A stretch of DNA of 60,450 nt. Source: a virus (taxonomy: Duplodnaviria; Caudoviricetes). Shown one piece after another: positions 49,183 through 58,682 of the stretch. Under the pieces are notes generated by a model. That model had not been told where the DNA came from, searched no databases, and saw only the letters and a program-made list of their open reading frames with translations. A program made the position numbers and the translations under genes. Positions within the stretch are counted from its first letter, which is position 1; every line of letters begins with the position of its first letter. The stretch lies in the IMG/VR virus record IMGVR_UViG_3300028377_000012, positions 1-60,450 of that record; one strand, given 5' to 3'.

Positions 49183-49931
49183 TAATCGCCGTATTTATTA
49201 TCATTTGTATAAATATCGGTATCGTAGTTGAAAATCTCAATCCCCAATTCATCGGCAGATGGGCCATATGTCTTATCAACATTGTCGGAAACATTAGATA
49301 ATGCAGGGACTCCACTCAACCCTTCTGATTGAGGAACATCATCATGAACCTGATTGATAAGATTTTCTGGAGTAACATTGTTTTCTGAACTATAGTCGTA
49401 ACGCTTGCCTCTGATTAACCAAACATAGTGACCCATAAGAGGGTTAAGGTTTTGAAGGTCTTCATCATCCCTACGTGTGATTTCAAATATTGCAGCACCA
49501 CGGCCATTTGGACGATTAGTTCCACCATACTCTGTCATTCTAATCAAATCCCCCATTTGTGGCTCTGAATCTACACCAAATGCGTTCCAGAAGGATGATA
49601 TATGAATAAATACTGTAATGTCACCATCGGTTTCTAACCCCCATTGATTTAATACCGTTGCATCATTATTATATACTGGATACATAATGACATTAGCTGG
49701 ATCGCCAAATGATTTTGTTGTATGTTCACCAAATATCGGATCGTGCGCAGACAGTTGGTATAAATTTTGTTGATATTCCATCCCCACCCCATACATAGAT
49801 ATTTGTTCCATAAAATATAATGATTGAATCTGACGTTCATTCTGTGTGATTTCTGTATTAAGAAATCTAACGTCTTCCATAAAAGATGGGCAGGAATCTT
49901 CGTTAACAGGTATAAAGAAATTACAATTCAT
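49179..49931 (-). CDS. gp14: Neck protein (gp14-like)
   Basis: EQISMYG..Y, DPIFGE, WGLE, PQMGDLI, IFEIT, YDYSSE. Confidence 0.8.
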   Translation of the reverse strand: MNCNFFIPVNEDSCPSFMEDVRFLNTEITQNERQIQSLYFMEQISMYGVGMEYQQNLYQLSAHDPIFGEHTTKSFGDPANVIMYPVYNNDATVLNQWGLETDGDITVFIHISSFWNAFGVDSEPQMGDLIRMTEYGGTNRPNGRGAAIFEITRRDDEDLQNLNPLMGHYVWLIRGKRYDYSSENNVTPENLINQVHDDVPQSEGLSGVPALSNVSDNVDKTYGPSADELGIEIFNYDTDIYTNDNKYGDY

Positions 49932-49935
49932 ATAA

Positions 49936-51525
49936 TTATTTAATAATTTCTATTTGTTTTGGAAAAATAGGATTATTGGTTGCTAAATACGCTGGCAACC
50001 CACTCTCTTTACTATTATGCAATTCATCATTTACTGTTTCGGCTATTCCGTCTTCTGGATCGACAATTAGATTGGATATTGGAATGGTAATTTTTAATAT
50101 TGTTGGCGAGTCCTTTTCATCTGCAAACCATTGTGCATTTTCAATAAAATTTGTTAAATAAAACAAATTAGGGTTGCCCATTTGCGACCCACGTTGTCCA
50201 GAATTTGGTTTCCATCCAAATTTGATGAGATTCACCGCTGTTCCAAAACTAGTTCCGTGATATAATGTAACTAGTTTTTGATCTACTTCTTCAAATATAA
50301 TAGTAATTCCCGCATCATACGCATTTCCACCAACAGTTTTTTTACCAACAGGATTACCAATTCTATATTTCTTGGCATAGAATGCAGCTTCTGGACTACC
50401 TTGTTTAACTTTAATAATCTTAGATCCGTTCGTTTTAGCGGAATCTATTTTGTTATCAAGTTTGTTTGAATTTTTTCTTTGATATTCTGGTAATATATTT
50501 AAGGATTTGCGATCACCTTGTCCGAGCATACCTGCACTGTTCTGTTGCTGACGGTGTTTAGCCTTATGCTGCATGTCTCCACGCCCTTGAGTAGTGCCTA
50601 GCATGTCTTTATATACATTCTCTTCGTAAACCCCCTTAAAGCGGGTCATAGTGGCTCCTTTAGTTAGGTTGGTTTTCAGTAATTGATTAAGTTGCTTATA
50701 TTCCTTACCACTTAATTCCTCATCCCTACCTAAAATTTTCTTAATTTTCTTTGCAAGGTCAATATAGTGATAACGTTCAATAAGTTTAAACACAACATTA
50801 CCTGGAAGTCTTGTTTTAATTCCATATTTTTTAAGTTCCGATGGTGTCATATCCTCTGCAAATGCATCATTTCTAAAAACACTAAGTTCGCCATATACAT
50901 CGATCAACGATAGTAAAGATTTTTCAAGTTTATTTAATTTCCTTTGTATCTTTTTTGATAACCCATCAAGTTGGTTTTGTGGAATATCCTTTAAAATTTC
51001 AATATCTACCATATCTCTGCGAATTTCTTCAGTAAAATCGGAAAATTGTTGGACGTATTTTTCAAAATCCTTTGAATAATCATCTATGTTAATATTCTTT
51101 GAGGGTGTTCTCTTGATCCACTCATCGTCTTTTAAATTATATATACCTTCTGCGTTTTTTATATTGTAACCTTTGTTAGTAATATAATATTGTAATGGGT
51201 GTGGGATACCCTTTAGGTATTTATCATCGATTTCTAACCATGTTGAATATAATATATCGCGAAGATCTTTCTCAGATTTGGTGGACTTAACTCTAATAAA
51301 AATATCAATATCAGAATCTTTCGTATATTGCTTTGATAAGATGCTACCTTTGATAAAATAGTCAACAATTGGAACAACTGATCTTACCTTATCAATATCT
51401 TGCTCAATTTTATTTTTTAAATATTCTTTAATAGTGGGTGCAGTATCTTCTGGATTATCAAATACATATGGGGAATATGTTTTAAGGGTTTGGTCAACTA
51501 CAGATTCAAGTAAAGATAATTTCAT
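49936..51525 (-). CDS. Pol-beta nucleotidyltransferase fused to a C-terminal ADP-ribosyltransferase-fold domain
   Basis: KGSILSKQY..DSDIDI NTase motif; C-terminal LYHGTS...FYLT....AQWFA; start 5 nt after AATAAATA. Confidence 0.75.
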   Translation of the reverse strand: MKLSLLESVVDQTLKTYSPYVFDNPEDTAPTIKEYLKNKIEQDIDKVRSVVPIVDYFIKGSILSKQYTKDSDIDIFIRVKSTKSEKDLRDILYSTWLEIDDKYLKGIPHPLQYYITNKGYNIKNAEGIYNLKDDEWIKRTPSKNINIDDYSKDFEKYVQQFSDFTEEIRRDMVDIEILKDIPQNQLDGLSKKIQRKLNKLEKSLLSLIDVYGELSVFRNDAFAEDMTPSELKKYGIKTRLPGNVVFKLIERYHYIDLAKKIKKILGRDEELSGKEYKQLNQLLKTNLTKGATMTRFKGVYEENVYKDMLGTTQGRGDMQHKAKHRQQQNSAGMLGQGDRKSLNILPEYQRKNSNKLDNKIDSAKTNGSKIIKVKQGSPEAAFYAKKYRIGNPVGKKTVGGNAYDAGITIIFEEVDQKLVTLYHGTSFGTAVNLIKFGWKPNSGQRGSQMGNPNLFYLTNFIENAQWFADEKDSPTILKITIPISNLIVDPEDGIAETVNDELHNSKESGLPAYLATNNPIFPKQIEIIK

Positions 51526-51559
51526 ATAATTATTTATTGTATTGGGGATATTGTGCAAC

Positions 51560-51591
51560 AAAAAACGCATCTCGTTTCCAAGATGCGTTTT
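51560..51591 (-). terminator. Rho-independent terminator
   Basis: AAAACGCATCT/AGATGCGTTTT stem with T-run on the minus strand. Confidence 0.75.
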
Positions 51592-51612
51592 AGGTATAAG
51601 AATAATAAATAA

Positions 51613-52167
51613 TTATACTGGTGCTTTTTCGCCAGACGAACCTTTAGTGGTTTTTGTCTTGTGTTCAGTTGGCTTTACACGCTTAACAAACTTGTATTGT
51701 TTTTCTTCAGTGTCTTGAGCAGAAGAATCTCTATCAAGCTCGCCAGTTTTAGTGGACGCTTTGCCAGATTTAGTCTTAGTGCGAACAGATTCTGCATCTG
51801 GGGCTTTTTCAAATTCAACAGCTTCACGCTCAAGCTCTTCGATATCGGTTACGTCTTCATCACCTTCATCACCGAATTCATCAAACCCCTCACCCTCACC
51901 TTCATCTTCAAATTCTTCTTCTTCACCACCTTCAAGTTGGGATAGAATGTCTTTAAGAACGGCAACTTGGTCGGCGGAAATTGTGATTGTCACATCTTCT
52001 CCACCTTCTTCTTCGCCTTCAATTGGACTGATTTCGTTTTCATAGTCATCTACAATATCTTCTCCACCTTCATCAGATGAACCTTGGTTAAGGAAGTCAT
52101 CTTCGAATGCTTCTTGAAATAGACGATCAAATGCGCTTTTACCCTGAGTTTTGTTTTTTTGTTTCAT
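51613..52167 (-). CDS. Highly acidic late protein (prohead core/scaffold-like)
   Basis: Glu/Asp-rich; FDRLFQEA leader; CATAAATA 52190-52197. Confidence 0.6.
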   Translation of the reverse strand: MKQKNKTQGKSAFDRLFQEAFEDDFLNQGSSDEGGEDIVDDYENEISPIEGEEEGGEDVTITISADQVAVLKDILSQLEGGEEEEFEDEGEGEGFDEFGDEGDEDVTDIEELEREAVEFEKAPDAESVRTKTKSGKASTKTGELDRDSSAQDTEEKQYKFVKRVKPTEHKTKTTKGSSGEKAPV

Positions 52168-52254
52168 ATATATAAAATGGTGTTTTAATTATTTATGTTT
52201 TATAGTCCATTTTTTTCAAAATGTGGAAATATCTTTAAATATTTAAAAAGATAT

Positions 52255-54027
52255 ATGCAATCAGGTAGAAAAATAGTCCGTAAGGATGATGAATTAATTA
52301 AGCGTCTTAATAAGAGATACGCAGACAATGTAGTGCCGTATATGGGTAATAGTAATTTACCAACAGTCGGTTCTACATATCAATATGATGCCGATAGATT
52401 ACAAGTGTGGGGACGCTGTAGGGATAACATATTATATTTTGCACAACATTTTTTTTACATTATAACTGACGGTAAAAGAGAAACTATCAATCTTCACCCA
52501 TTCCAAAGAAATGCATTAAGGATGTTTAGAGAAAACAAAAAAAATATAATGTGCACGTCTCGTCAGATCGGGAAAGCTCTTGCTATAGAAACCCCTATAC
52601 CTACACCAAACGGGTGGACAACTATGGGTGAACTAAAAGATGGGGATGTTATATATGACAATAATGGGAGTAAAACTAATGTAATAAAGGCATGGGATGT
52701 TATGCATGATAGACCATGTTATAAAATTACTTTTTGTAACGGTGAGGAAATAGTTGCAGATGAAGAACATTTGTGGATGACTGAAACTTTTAATGACCGT
52801 CGAGGTAGAAAAAATAAATCATCAAATAAAAAGAAAACAACTAAAGATATTTTAGATACATTGTATTATAAAAATGGGAATGTGTATCAACCGAACCATG
52901 CTATCAAGTTGGCAGAACCTATTGTTGGTAATGGTAATGATGATTTAGAAATACACCCATATATATTGGGGTTATGGTTGGGTGATGGATATGCACATGA
53001 ACCAAAACTATGTGTAGGGTATCAAGATATCGAAATTCAAAAAAGTATATTAGGTGAGTTGGGGTATATTGAAGATATTAATTACACTACACATGATATG
53101 GCAGATAAGGGACATATGATCATTAGTTTTATTGGTAATATACCCAATAAAGATATCACCATGAGAAAGGCCATTAGAGATTTAAATATTTTTAAAAATA
53201 AACATATACCCCAAAAATACCTTAGATCATCTATAGATGATAGAAAGTTATTACTTCAGGGTATAATGGATACAGACGGTTCTATAACTAATACTATGAA
53301 TACGTTTTATAATACAAATAAGGCCATTATTAATGACGTTAGGGAATTATTAATGACGTTAGGTATAAAATATAATGTAAAAGATATAGTAAATGAAAAC
53401 TTTCATAAAGGTAAACAGAGGAAGGATATATATAGGTTACATTTTAAATCTAAATTTGATGTTTTTAAAATACTTAGAAAAATTAAAAAACAAAAAATTA
53501 CTAATTTGAAGAAAGGCAATTATGTATATATCAGAAATATAGAACCCGTTAATAGTGTCCCTGTAAGATGTATAACTGTAGACTCTACAGATGCTGTATT
53601 TATGTGTGGAAAAAGTGGGATTGTTACATCAAACACCACCCTAATGACAATTTATGCCCTATGGCTTGTAACTTTCTGTGAATATCAGAGTGTAATCATT
53701 GTTGCCAATAAAGAAAAAACCGCTAAAGAAATTCTTGAGCGTATTAAGACTGCGTATGAAGGTTTACCAAATTGGTTAAAGGCTGAAGTTGCAAGAGGTG
53801 GGTGGAATAAAGAAGAAATTTTATTTCAAAGTAAAAGTAAAATTCAAATTAGTGCAACAAGTGCTGATAGTATTCGTGGTAAAACATGTAATTGTGTTGA
53901 CGGATCAACTGTAGTTACTATACGCGATAAACATACAGGTGATATATTTGATATCAATATGGAGAATTTATATAATATATTAGAGTCTGATGGTGAAGAC
54001 ATGAATATGTTTTTAGTTAGTGAATAA
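52255..54027 (+). CDS. gp17: Terminase large subunit, N-terminal part (contains a full intein and the N-half of a split intein)
   Basis: LHPFQ, SRQIGK|intein|TTLM, IVANK, SIRGKTCN then intein block A CVDGSTVV. Confidence 0.92.
   Translation: MQSGRKIVRKDDELIKRLNKRYADNVVPYMGNSNLPTVGSTYQYDADRLQVWGRCRDNILYFAQHFFYIITDGKRETINLHPFQRNALRMFRENKKNIMCTSRQIGKALAIETPIPTPNGWTTMGELKDGDVIYDNNGSKTNVIKAWDVMHDRPCYKITFCNGEEIVADEEHLWMTETFNDRRGRKNKSSNKKKTTKDILDTLYYKNGNVYQPNHAIKLAEPIVGNGNDDLEIHPYILGLWLGDGYAHEPKLCVGYQDIEIQKSILGELGYIEDINYTTHDMADKGHMIISFIGNIPNKDITMRKAIRDLNIFKNKHIPQKYLRSSIDDRKLLLQGIMDTDGSITNTMNTFYNTNKAIINDVRELLMTLGIKYNVKDIVNENFHKGKQRKDIYRLHFKSKFDVFKILRKIKKQKITNLKKGNYVYIRNIEPVNSVPVRCITVDSTDAVFMCGKSGIVTSNTTLMTIYALWLVTFCEYQSVIIVANKEKTAKEILERIKTAYEGLPNWLKAEVARGGWNKEEILFQSKSKIQISATSADSIRGKTCNCVDGSTVVTIRDKHTGDIFDINMENLYNILESDGEDMNMFLVSE
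52576..53634 (+). mobile_element. Class 3 intein (353 aa) with LAGLIDADG homing endonuclease in the terminase Walker A
   Basis: Starts ALAIETPIPTPNGW, ends VTSN before Thr; W (EEHLW), C (VRCITVD), T triad; LGLWLGDG and LQGIMDTDGS. Confidence 0.9.
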
Positions 54028-54420
54028 ATACCAATTCTTGAAATAGGTGGCTAAAAGGTAGGCCGAAAGCTAAATAATAATATGGCAGATGTTGTAGATT
54101 ACTCTATTTTTAAAAATAATAGGTTTGAGGTCTTAACCCAAGATGGGTTTAAAGACTTTAAAGGGGTTATTAAGGGAAAAAATTATAATAAGTTGATAAT
54201 TCATACTTATAAAAATTCCTTAATATGCACACCTAAACATAAGTTAATGGTGGACGATAACAAATATACATTTGCCAAAGATTTAAAAATCGGTGATACG
54301 ATTTATAATGGCATAGTTATTATAGACATAATTAAGGTCAATAATACAAAACCCGTATACGAATTCCTAGAAATCAAAGATAATCATACATATTATGCTA
54401 ACGGTTTTTTATCTAAGCAA
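53893..54420 (+). mobile_element. Atypically split intein: IntN 44 aa (53893-54024), IntC 113 aa (54082-54420)
   Basis: IntN CVDGSTVV...stop; IntC has VLTQDGFKDF, CTPKH, VYEF, YYANGFLSKQ followed by Cys. Confidence 0.88.
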
Positions 54421-55647
54421 TGTTTACTTATTGATGAACAGGCATTTATAGAACCTAATATTATGAAGGAATTTTGGTCTGCTGTTTACCCAACTATTTC
54501 TAGTTCTGATAATGCAAAGGTGCTGATCGCATCAACTCCAAATGGGGTTGGAAATTTATTTCATAAATTATGGGAAGTGTCCAAAGAAAAAGGGTCTGGT
54601 TGGGGCAGATTAGAGGTTCCTTGGTCTAATGTGCCTGGAAAAACCAAAGAGTGGGCAGATCAGGAGCGGATGACACTTGGCGATGAACAATTCCAACAAG
54701 AATATGAATGTAAATTTCTTGAATCGGGTGGTTCAAATATTTCACAAGAGTTATATAATGAGTTACAAAAATCTTGTAGAAAACCAAGAATAGAGCATGA
54801 CGATGGAGCATATAAGATTTTTGAACAGCCTAATATTAAAGATCGTATGTATTGTGCGGGTGTTGATATTGGAGAAGGCGTTGGAAAATGTGCCTCAACG
54901 GTTTGTGTATTTGATATAACTGAGCTTACACGCATCGAACAAGTTGCTACATATCATTGCACAGATATTGGGCCATATGAGTTTGCAAGGCGTGTTAATG
55001 AAGTAATGACCCATTGGGGCAAACCGCCACTTGCAGTTGAGCGTAATAATACTGGTGGGGGTATTGTTATTAATACTCTCGACAAGGAATATAATTATCC
55101 CAACCTTGTGAACTTTGCAACAAAGCAAGGTAATCGCGATTATTCTCACTTAAAGGGCGTTACATCATCTACAAATACAAAATATCATGGTGTTGAGAAT
55201 ATGTTTTACCTTTTAAAAGACCATCGTAGAGTTGTTTTACACGATGAAGATTATCTTAAAGAATTGAATACATTTGTGTCCAAAGGTAGCGGTAAATGGG
55301 GTAAAAAAAGTGATTCATATTTTGACGATAGAGTTGACGCAATGATGTGGGCATTAGTATGTGTGCATGAAATGGTAGTGAATCAATATTTCAATGTTGT
55401 AAGGTGGGATGATAATAAAAAACCAATCTTAATTCAAGCCATGTATGAAGCATTTGGTAGAAAAGATATGAACTATCTATTTGGAAGCGAAGAAAATAAT
55501 TATGGTATAGATTCCGTGTTTATGGGTGATGGTGGATGGGGTGACGATTCAGAAATGGATAATATTATCGATGCTGGTTGGTTAACGCCTACGCAAGATG
55601 CTGATAGTGGTTGGGCAAGTTATCACCCAGCCCCTAATTATTCATAA
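54082..55647 (+). CDS. gp17: Terminase large subunit, C-terminal part (IntC, Walker B, nuclease domain)
   Basis: CLLIDEQAFI, ASTPNG, FQQEYEC, GVDIGEG, VERN, DDRVDA. Confidence 0.92.
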   Translation: MADVVDYSIFKNNRFEVLTQDGFKDFKGVIKGKNYNKLIIHTYKNSLICTPKHKLMVDDNKYTFAKDLKIGDTIYNGIVIIDIIKVNNTKPVYEFLEIKDNHTYYANGFLSKQCLLIDEQAFIEPNIMKEFWSAVYPTISSSDNAKVLIASTPNGVGNLFHKLWEVSKEKGSGWGRLEVPWSNVPGKTKEWADQERMTLGDEQFQQEYECKFLESGGSNISQELYNELQKSCRKPRIEHDDGAYKIFEQPNIKDRMYCAGVDIGEGVGKCASTVCVFDITELTRIEQVATYHCTDIGPYEFARRVNEVMTHWGKPPLAVERNNTGGGIVINTLDKEYNYPNLVNFATKQGNRDYSHLKGVTSSTNTKYHGVENMFYLLKDHRRVVLHDEDYLKELNTFVSKGSGKWGKKSDSYFDDRVDAMMWALVCVHEMVVNQYFNVVRWDDNKKPILIQAMYEAFGRKDMNYLFGSEENNYGIDSVFMGDGGWGDDSEMDNIIDAGWLTPTQDADSGWASYHPAPNYS

Positions 55648-55656
55648 ATAATTAAT

Positions 55657-56262
55657 ATGAACGGAAATAAAGATTTATTCATACCTAAACAGTATTCACT
55701 AAACCAGTCTATTCTCAATAAGAGTAGAGCTGATAAGTATACAATGATACTTTCTCTACCTGAAGCACTACGTGGCCATAAGTCAACAGAGCGAAGTAAT
55801 TATAAAATAGATTTTGATTCACTTCAATTTTCTATTACAGGTTCGCCAATTCCTAACATTGTAGTTCCAGACATTGCACAACCATATGCGGGGCAGCATC
55901 TAAAAATATCGTCACATTCAAGAAATCAATATGAAAATATTTTTGTAAAATTTAAAATTGATAACTTATATCGTAACTGGTGGACAGTATATTATTGGTT
56001 AGATATTCTAAATAACGAGAAGGAGTCAAGATATAACGTAAATGAATTAGGTAGATATGAAGCATGGGAAGCAATGAAAGATTATACTGCCAATTTTACT
56101 GTATATGGGCTTGACGAATATGGTAATCAAATAATTAGGTTTGATTATGAGGGAGCGTTTCCTGTATCTTTAACGTCCCCAGAATATTCTGATCAAAATC
56201 CAGATGAATTAGAATCTCAATTTGAGTTTGCATTTACATTCTTCACGGCTACATTGATTTAA
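55657..56262 (+). CDS. Tail completion / tube-fold protein (gp3-like)
   Basis: YENIFVKFKIDN..NW..VY.WL and AFPVSL...FEFAF; CATAAATA 55643-55650. Confidence 0.7.
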   Translation: MNGNKDLFIPKQYSLNQSILNKSRADKYTMILSLPEALRGHKSTERSNYKIDFDSLQFSITGSPIPNIVVPDIAQPYAGQHLKISSHSRNQYENIFVKFKIDNLYRNWWTVYYWLDILNNEKESRYNVNELGRYEAWEAMKDYTANFTVYGLDEYGNQIIRFDYEGAFPVSLTSPEYSDQNPDELESQFEFAFTFFTATLI

Positions 56263-56316
56263 AAATTCACCTTAGAAATTATAAATAATTAAAACAAACG
56301 GAATTATTTATAAATT

Positions 56317-58599
56317 ATGACTCAACAATATATTGCATCTCCAGGTGTCCAAATCAATGAAGTAGATGTATCTCTGCGCGTAAATGCACCGCTTGGTGTG
56401 GGTGTTCTTGCAATGGGATTTGCTGGCCAAGGCCCAACAGATGAAGTTCTGCAAGTTACATCTCTATCAGAATATGAAAGCGTTTACGGTAAACCAACTA
56501 CACCAGCAGAGCGTTACAGTTACCATACTGTTAAGGCATTGTTTGATTCTCCTGCTAACATTTACTTCTCTCGTCTGCCTTATGGTGCTAGCGGTGGTAG
56601 TATCTTTTCAGAAGATAAATACAGTGCACTTGTGTATCCAGTTCTACCAGATGATGGCTCCACTTCATATGCAGATTTATCGGCTGAAGGATTAAGCTCA
56701 GGGTCAGAAAATATTAGTGCATATTATTTAACAAAACCATATCACGTTGAACTTAGTCGCAAAGCGTATGAGGGTCTTATCAACGGTGAACTTGACTGGT
56801 CTGATATTTTTGGTGAAGAAGATGGTGACGTTGATTATACATCGTTAAGTGACGGTAAGAATGGAATGGGTCGCGCTGGACTAATTGTATTAAATACATC
56901 TAAGGGGACTATAAATGAAACATATGAAGGTAATTACCTCGCTATTTCTGATAATCGTAATACTGATCCAAATTCTAAATATACTGATGTTACTAGTATT
57001 AATAGTATTAATAATTCTGAATCGGGTGATGATTATATAACAATCCCTGAGTCTCGTCTTGATTTTGCTCTTTCCGCTGACACATCTAAAGGAGGTTCAC
57101 TTTCGGAGGTTATGGAAAATATTCCATCTTTCAATATTGGCATTCCCGAATTTGATGATATTCTTACCGTGGGGATTATTAAGCTTCGTAAGACACCATT
57201 TACAAATTCTGCAATTGCATTATCATATGCTATTACTGAATCATACATTGGTTCGTTTGATCCAGATCGTGAATTACAAAACCCAACTGGTGGATCAAAT
57301 CAAAGTATCTTCTTAGAAACTGTTGATAATCAAAGTAATAACTTACGGTTCTTTGTTAATCCATACCTTCAAGATGTATTTTCCTTGAACGTTACTGGTG
57401 ACTCACTACCAAAGGTATCACTTCGTGTTCTAGATGATCAATCAACTACATTGTCGCCACATTTATCTGCTCCAGTGGCAGAATATGCAAATGAAGCATT
57501 CCCACTTGGTGTTTTTCAAAATACCCGTGGTGCTGATAAAACAATCGGCGCACTTCCTTCAAAAATTGAACGAGTTCTTGATCTTGTTGAAAATCCAGAT
57601 TTATTTGAGCTTGATTTACTTGTCGAGGGTGGACTTGGGACAATTTTTTGTTCAACACATGAGTTATCATCTGAAACGTATGATGATCGTGTATCATGGC
57701 CTTCACTTAGTGCAATGATAGACCAATCTGGCGATTCATCTCTTAAAACAACACAGGATAATTATAATACAATCTTTGGTGCATTTGAGCAATTTTGTTC
57801 AAAGGCAAGAAAAGATTGTATGTTTATTGCAGACCCAATTCGTCAAATCTTCATCAGTGGGGAAAATTCAATTGTAACAAAGCAAACATATGAACTTGAT
57901 GGTGTTCGTATTGCCAAGACATTTAGTAAATTTATCTATTGGCCTTTGCGCAATCAGTTTGCAACAGCTAACAGTAGCTATGCAGCAACATATGGTAATT
58001 GGGTTAAGGTTTATGATGGTGTATCAAATCGCCAAACGTGGGTTCCATACTCAGGTTTCGCAGCTTCATTGATGGCTAACATGGATAATGTATGGGATGC
58101 CCCTGCTGGTCTTACAAGAGGTATTAATGGTAACATCAACGATATTGCTATATACCCTAAACAAAAAGAGCGTGATCAACTATATAAGATCAGTGTTAAC
58201 CCCATTATGTTTAGTCCTACGGATGGTTTTGTTACATGGGGTCAAAAGACTCTTATGGCAAAACCGAGTGCGTTCGATAGAATTAATGTGAGACGTGTTT
58301 TCTTGTATCTTGAAAAGGCAACACTGAGAACCGTTAAGTATTTTGTATTCGAGCCAAATACTTTGTTTACTCGTAACCAAGTCGTTAATGTCCTTAATCC
58401 ACTATTTGAGGGTGTTAAGAATAATGATGGTATTCGTGATTATTACTTATTATGTAATGAAAAAAATAATACTGATGAGGTTCTAGAACAAAATCAAATG
58501 AAAATCGATATCTATATAAAACCAACCAAAACAGCCGAATTTATTTTGGTTGACTTCATCGCAACTCGCCAAGATGCTAACTTCCAAGAACTTATATAA
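56317..58599 (+). CDS. gp18: Tail sheath protein
   Basis: SPGVQINEVD, RKDCM, WDAPAGLTRG, SAFDRINVRR, FVFEPN, YIKP..AEFI. Confidence 0.96.
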   Translation: MTQQYIASPGVQINEVDVSLRVNAPLGVGVLAMGFAGQGPTDEVLQVTSLSEYESVYGKPTTPAERYSYHTVKALFDSPANIYFSRLPYGASGGSIFSEDKYSALVYPVLPDDGSTSYADLSAEGLSSGSENISAYYLTKPYHVELSRKAYEGLINGELDWSDIFGEEDGDVDYTSLSDGKNGMGRAGLIVLNTSKGTINETYEGNYLAISDNRNTDPNSKYTDVTSINSINNSESGDDYITIPESRLDFALSADTSKGGSLSEVMENIPSFNIGIPEFDDILTVGIIKLRKTPFTNSAIALSYAITESYIGSFDPDRELQNPTGGSNQSIFLETVDNQSNNLRFFVNPYLQDVFSLNVTGDSLPKVSLRVLDDQSTTLSPHLSAPVAEYANEAFPLGVFQNTRGADKTIGALPSKIERVLDLVENPDLFELDLLVEGGLGTIFCSTHELSSETYDDRVSWPSLSAMIDQSGDSSLKTTQDNYNTIFGAFEQFCSKARKDCMFIADPIRQIFISGENSIVTKQTYELDGVRIAKTFSKFIYWPLRNQFATANSSYAATYGNWVKVYDGVSNRQTWVPYSGFAASLMANMDNVWDAPAGLTRGINGNINDIAIYPKQKERDQLYKISVNPIMFSPTDGFVTWGQKTLMAKPSAFDRINVRRVFLYLEKATLRTVKYFVFEPNTLFTRNQVVNVLNPLFEGVKNNDGIRDYYLLCNEKNNTDEVLEQNQMKIDIYIKPTKTAEFILVDFIATRQDANFQELI

Positions 58600-58620
58600 C
58601 TTTTAAGTCATATATTTAAC

Positions 58621-58646
58621 AAAACCCATAGTAATGTGGGTTTTTT
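58621..58646 (+). terminator. Rho-independent terminator
   Basis: AAAACCCATA-GTAA-TGTGGGTTTT followed by T-run. Confidence 0.75.
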
Positions 58647-58682
58647 ATTTGACAAAAACGGCTGACTCTATAAACATTTAAT

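Noticed and set aside
54025-54081. Terminase break as a group I intron or plain pseudogene
   Set aside because: Gap is only 54 nt with no ribozyme core; both sides carry intein blocks and the second gene has its own start and late-like box
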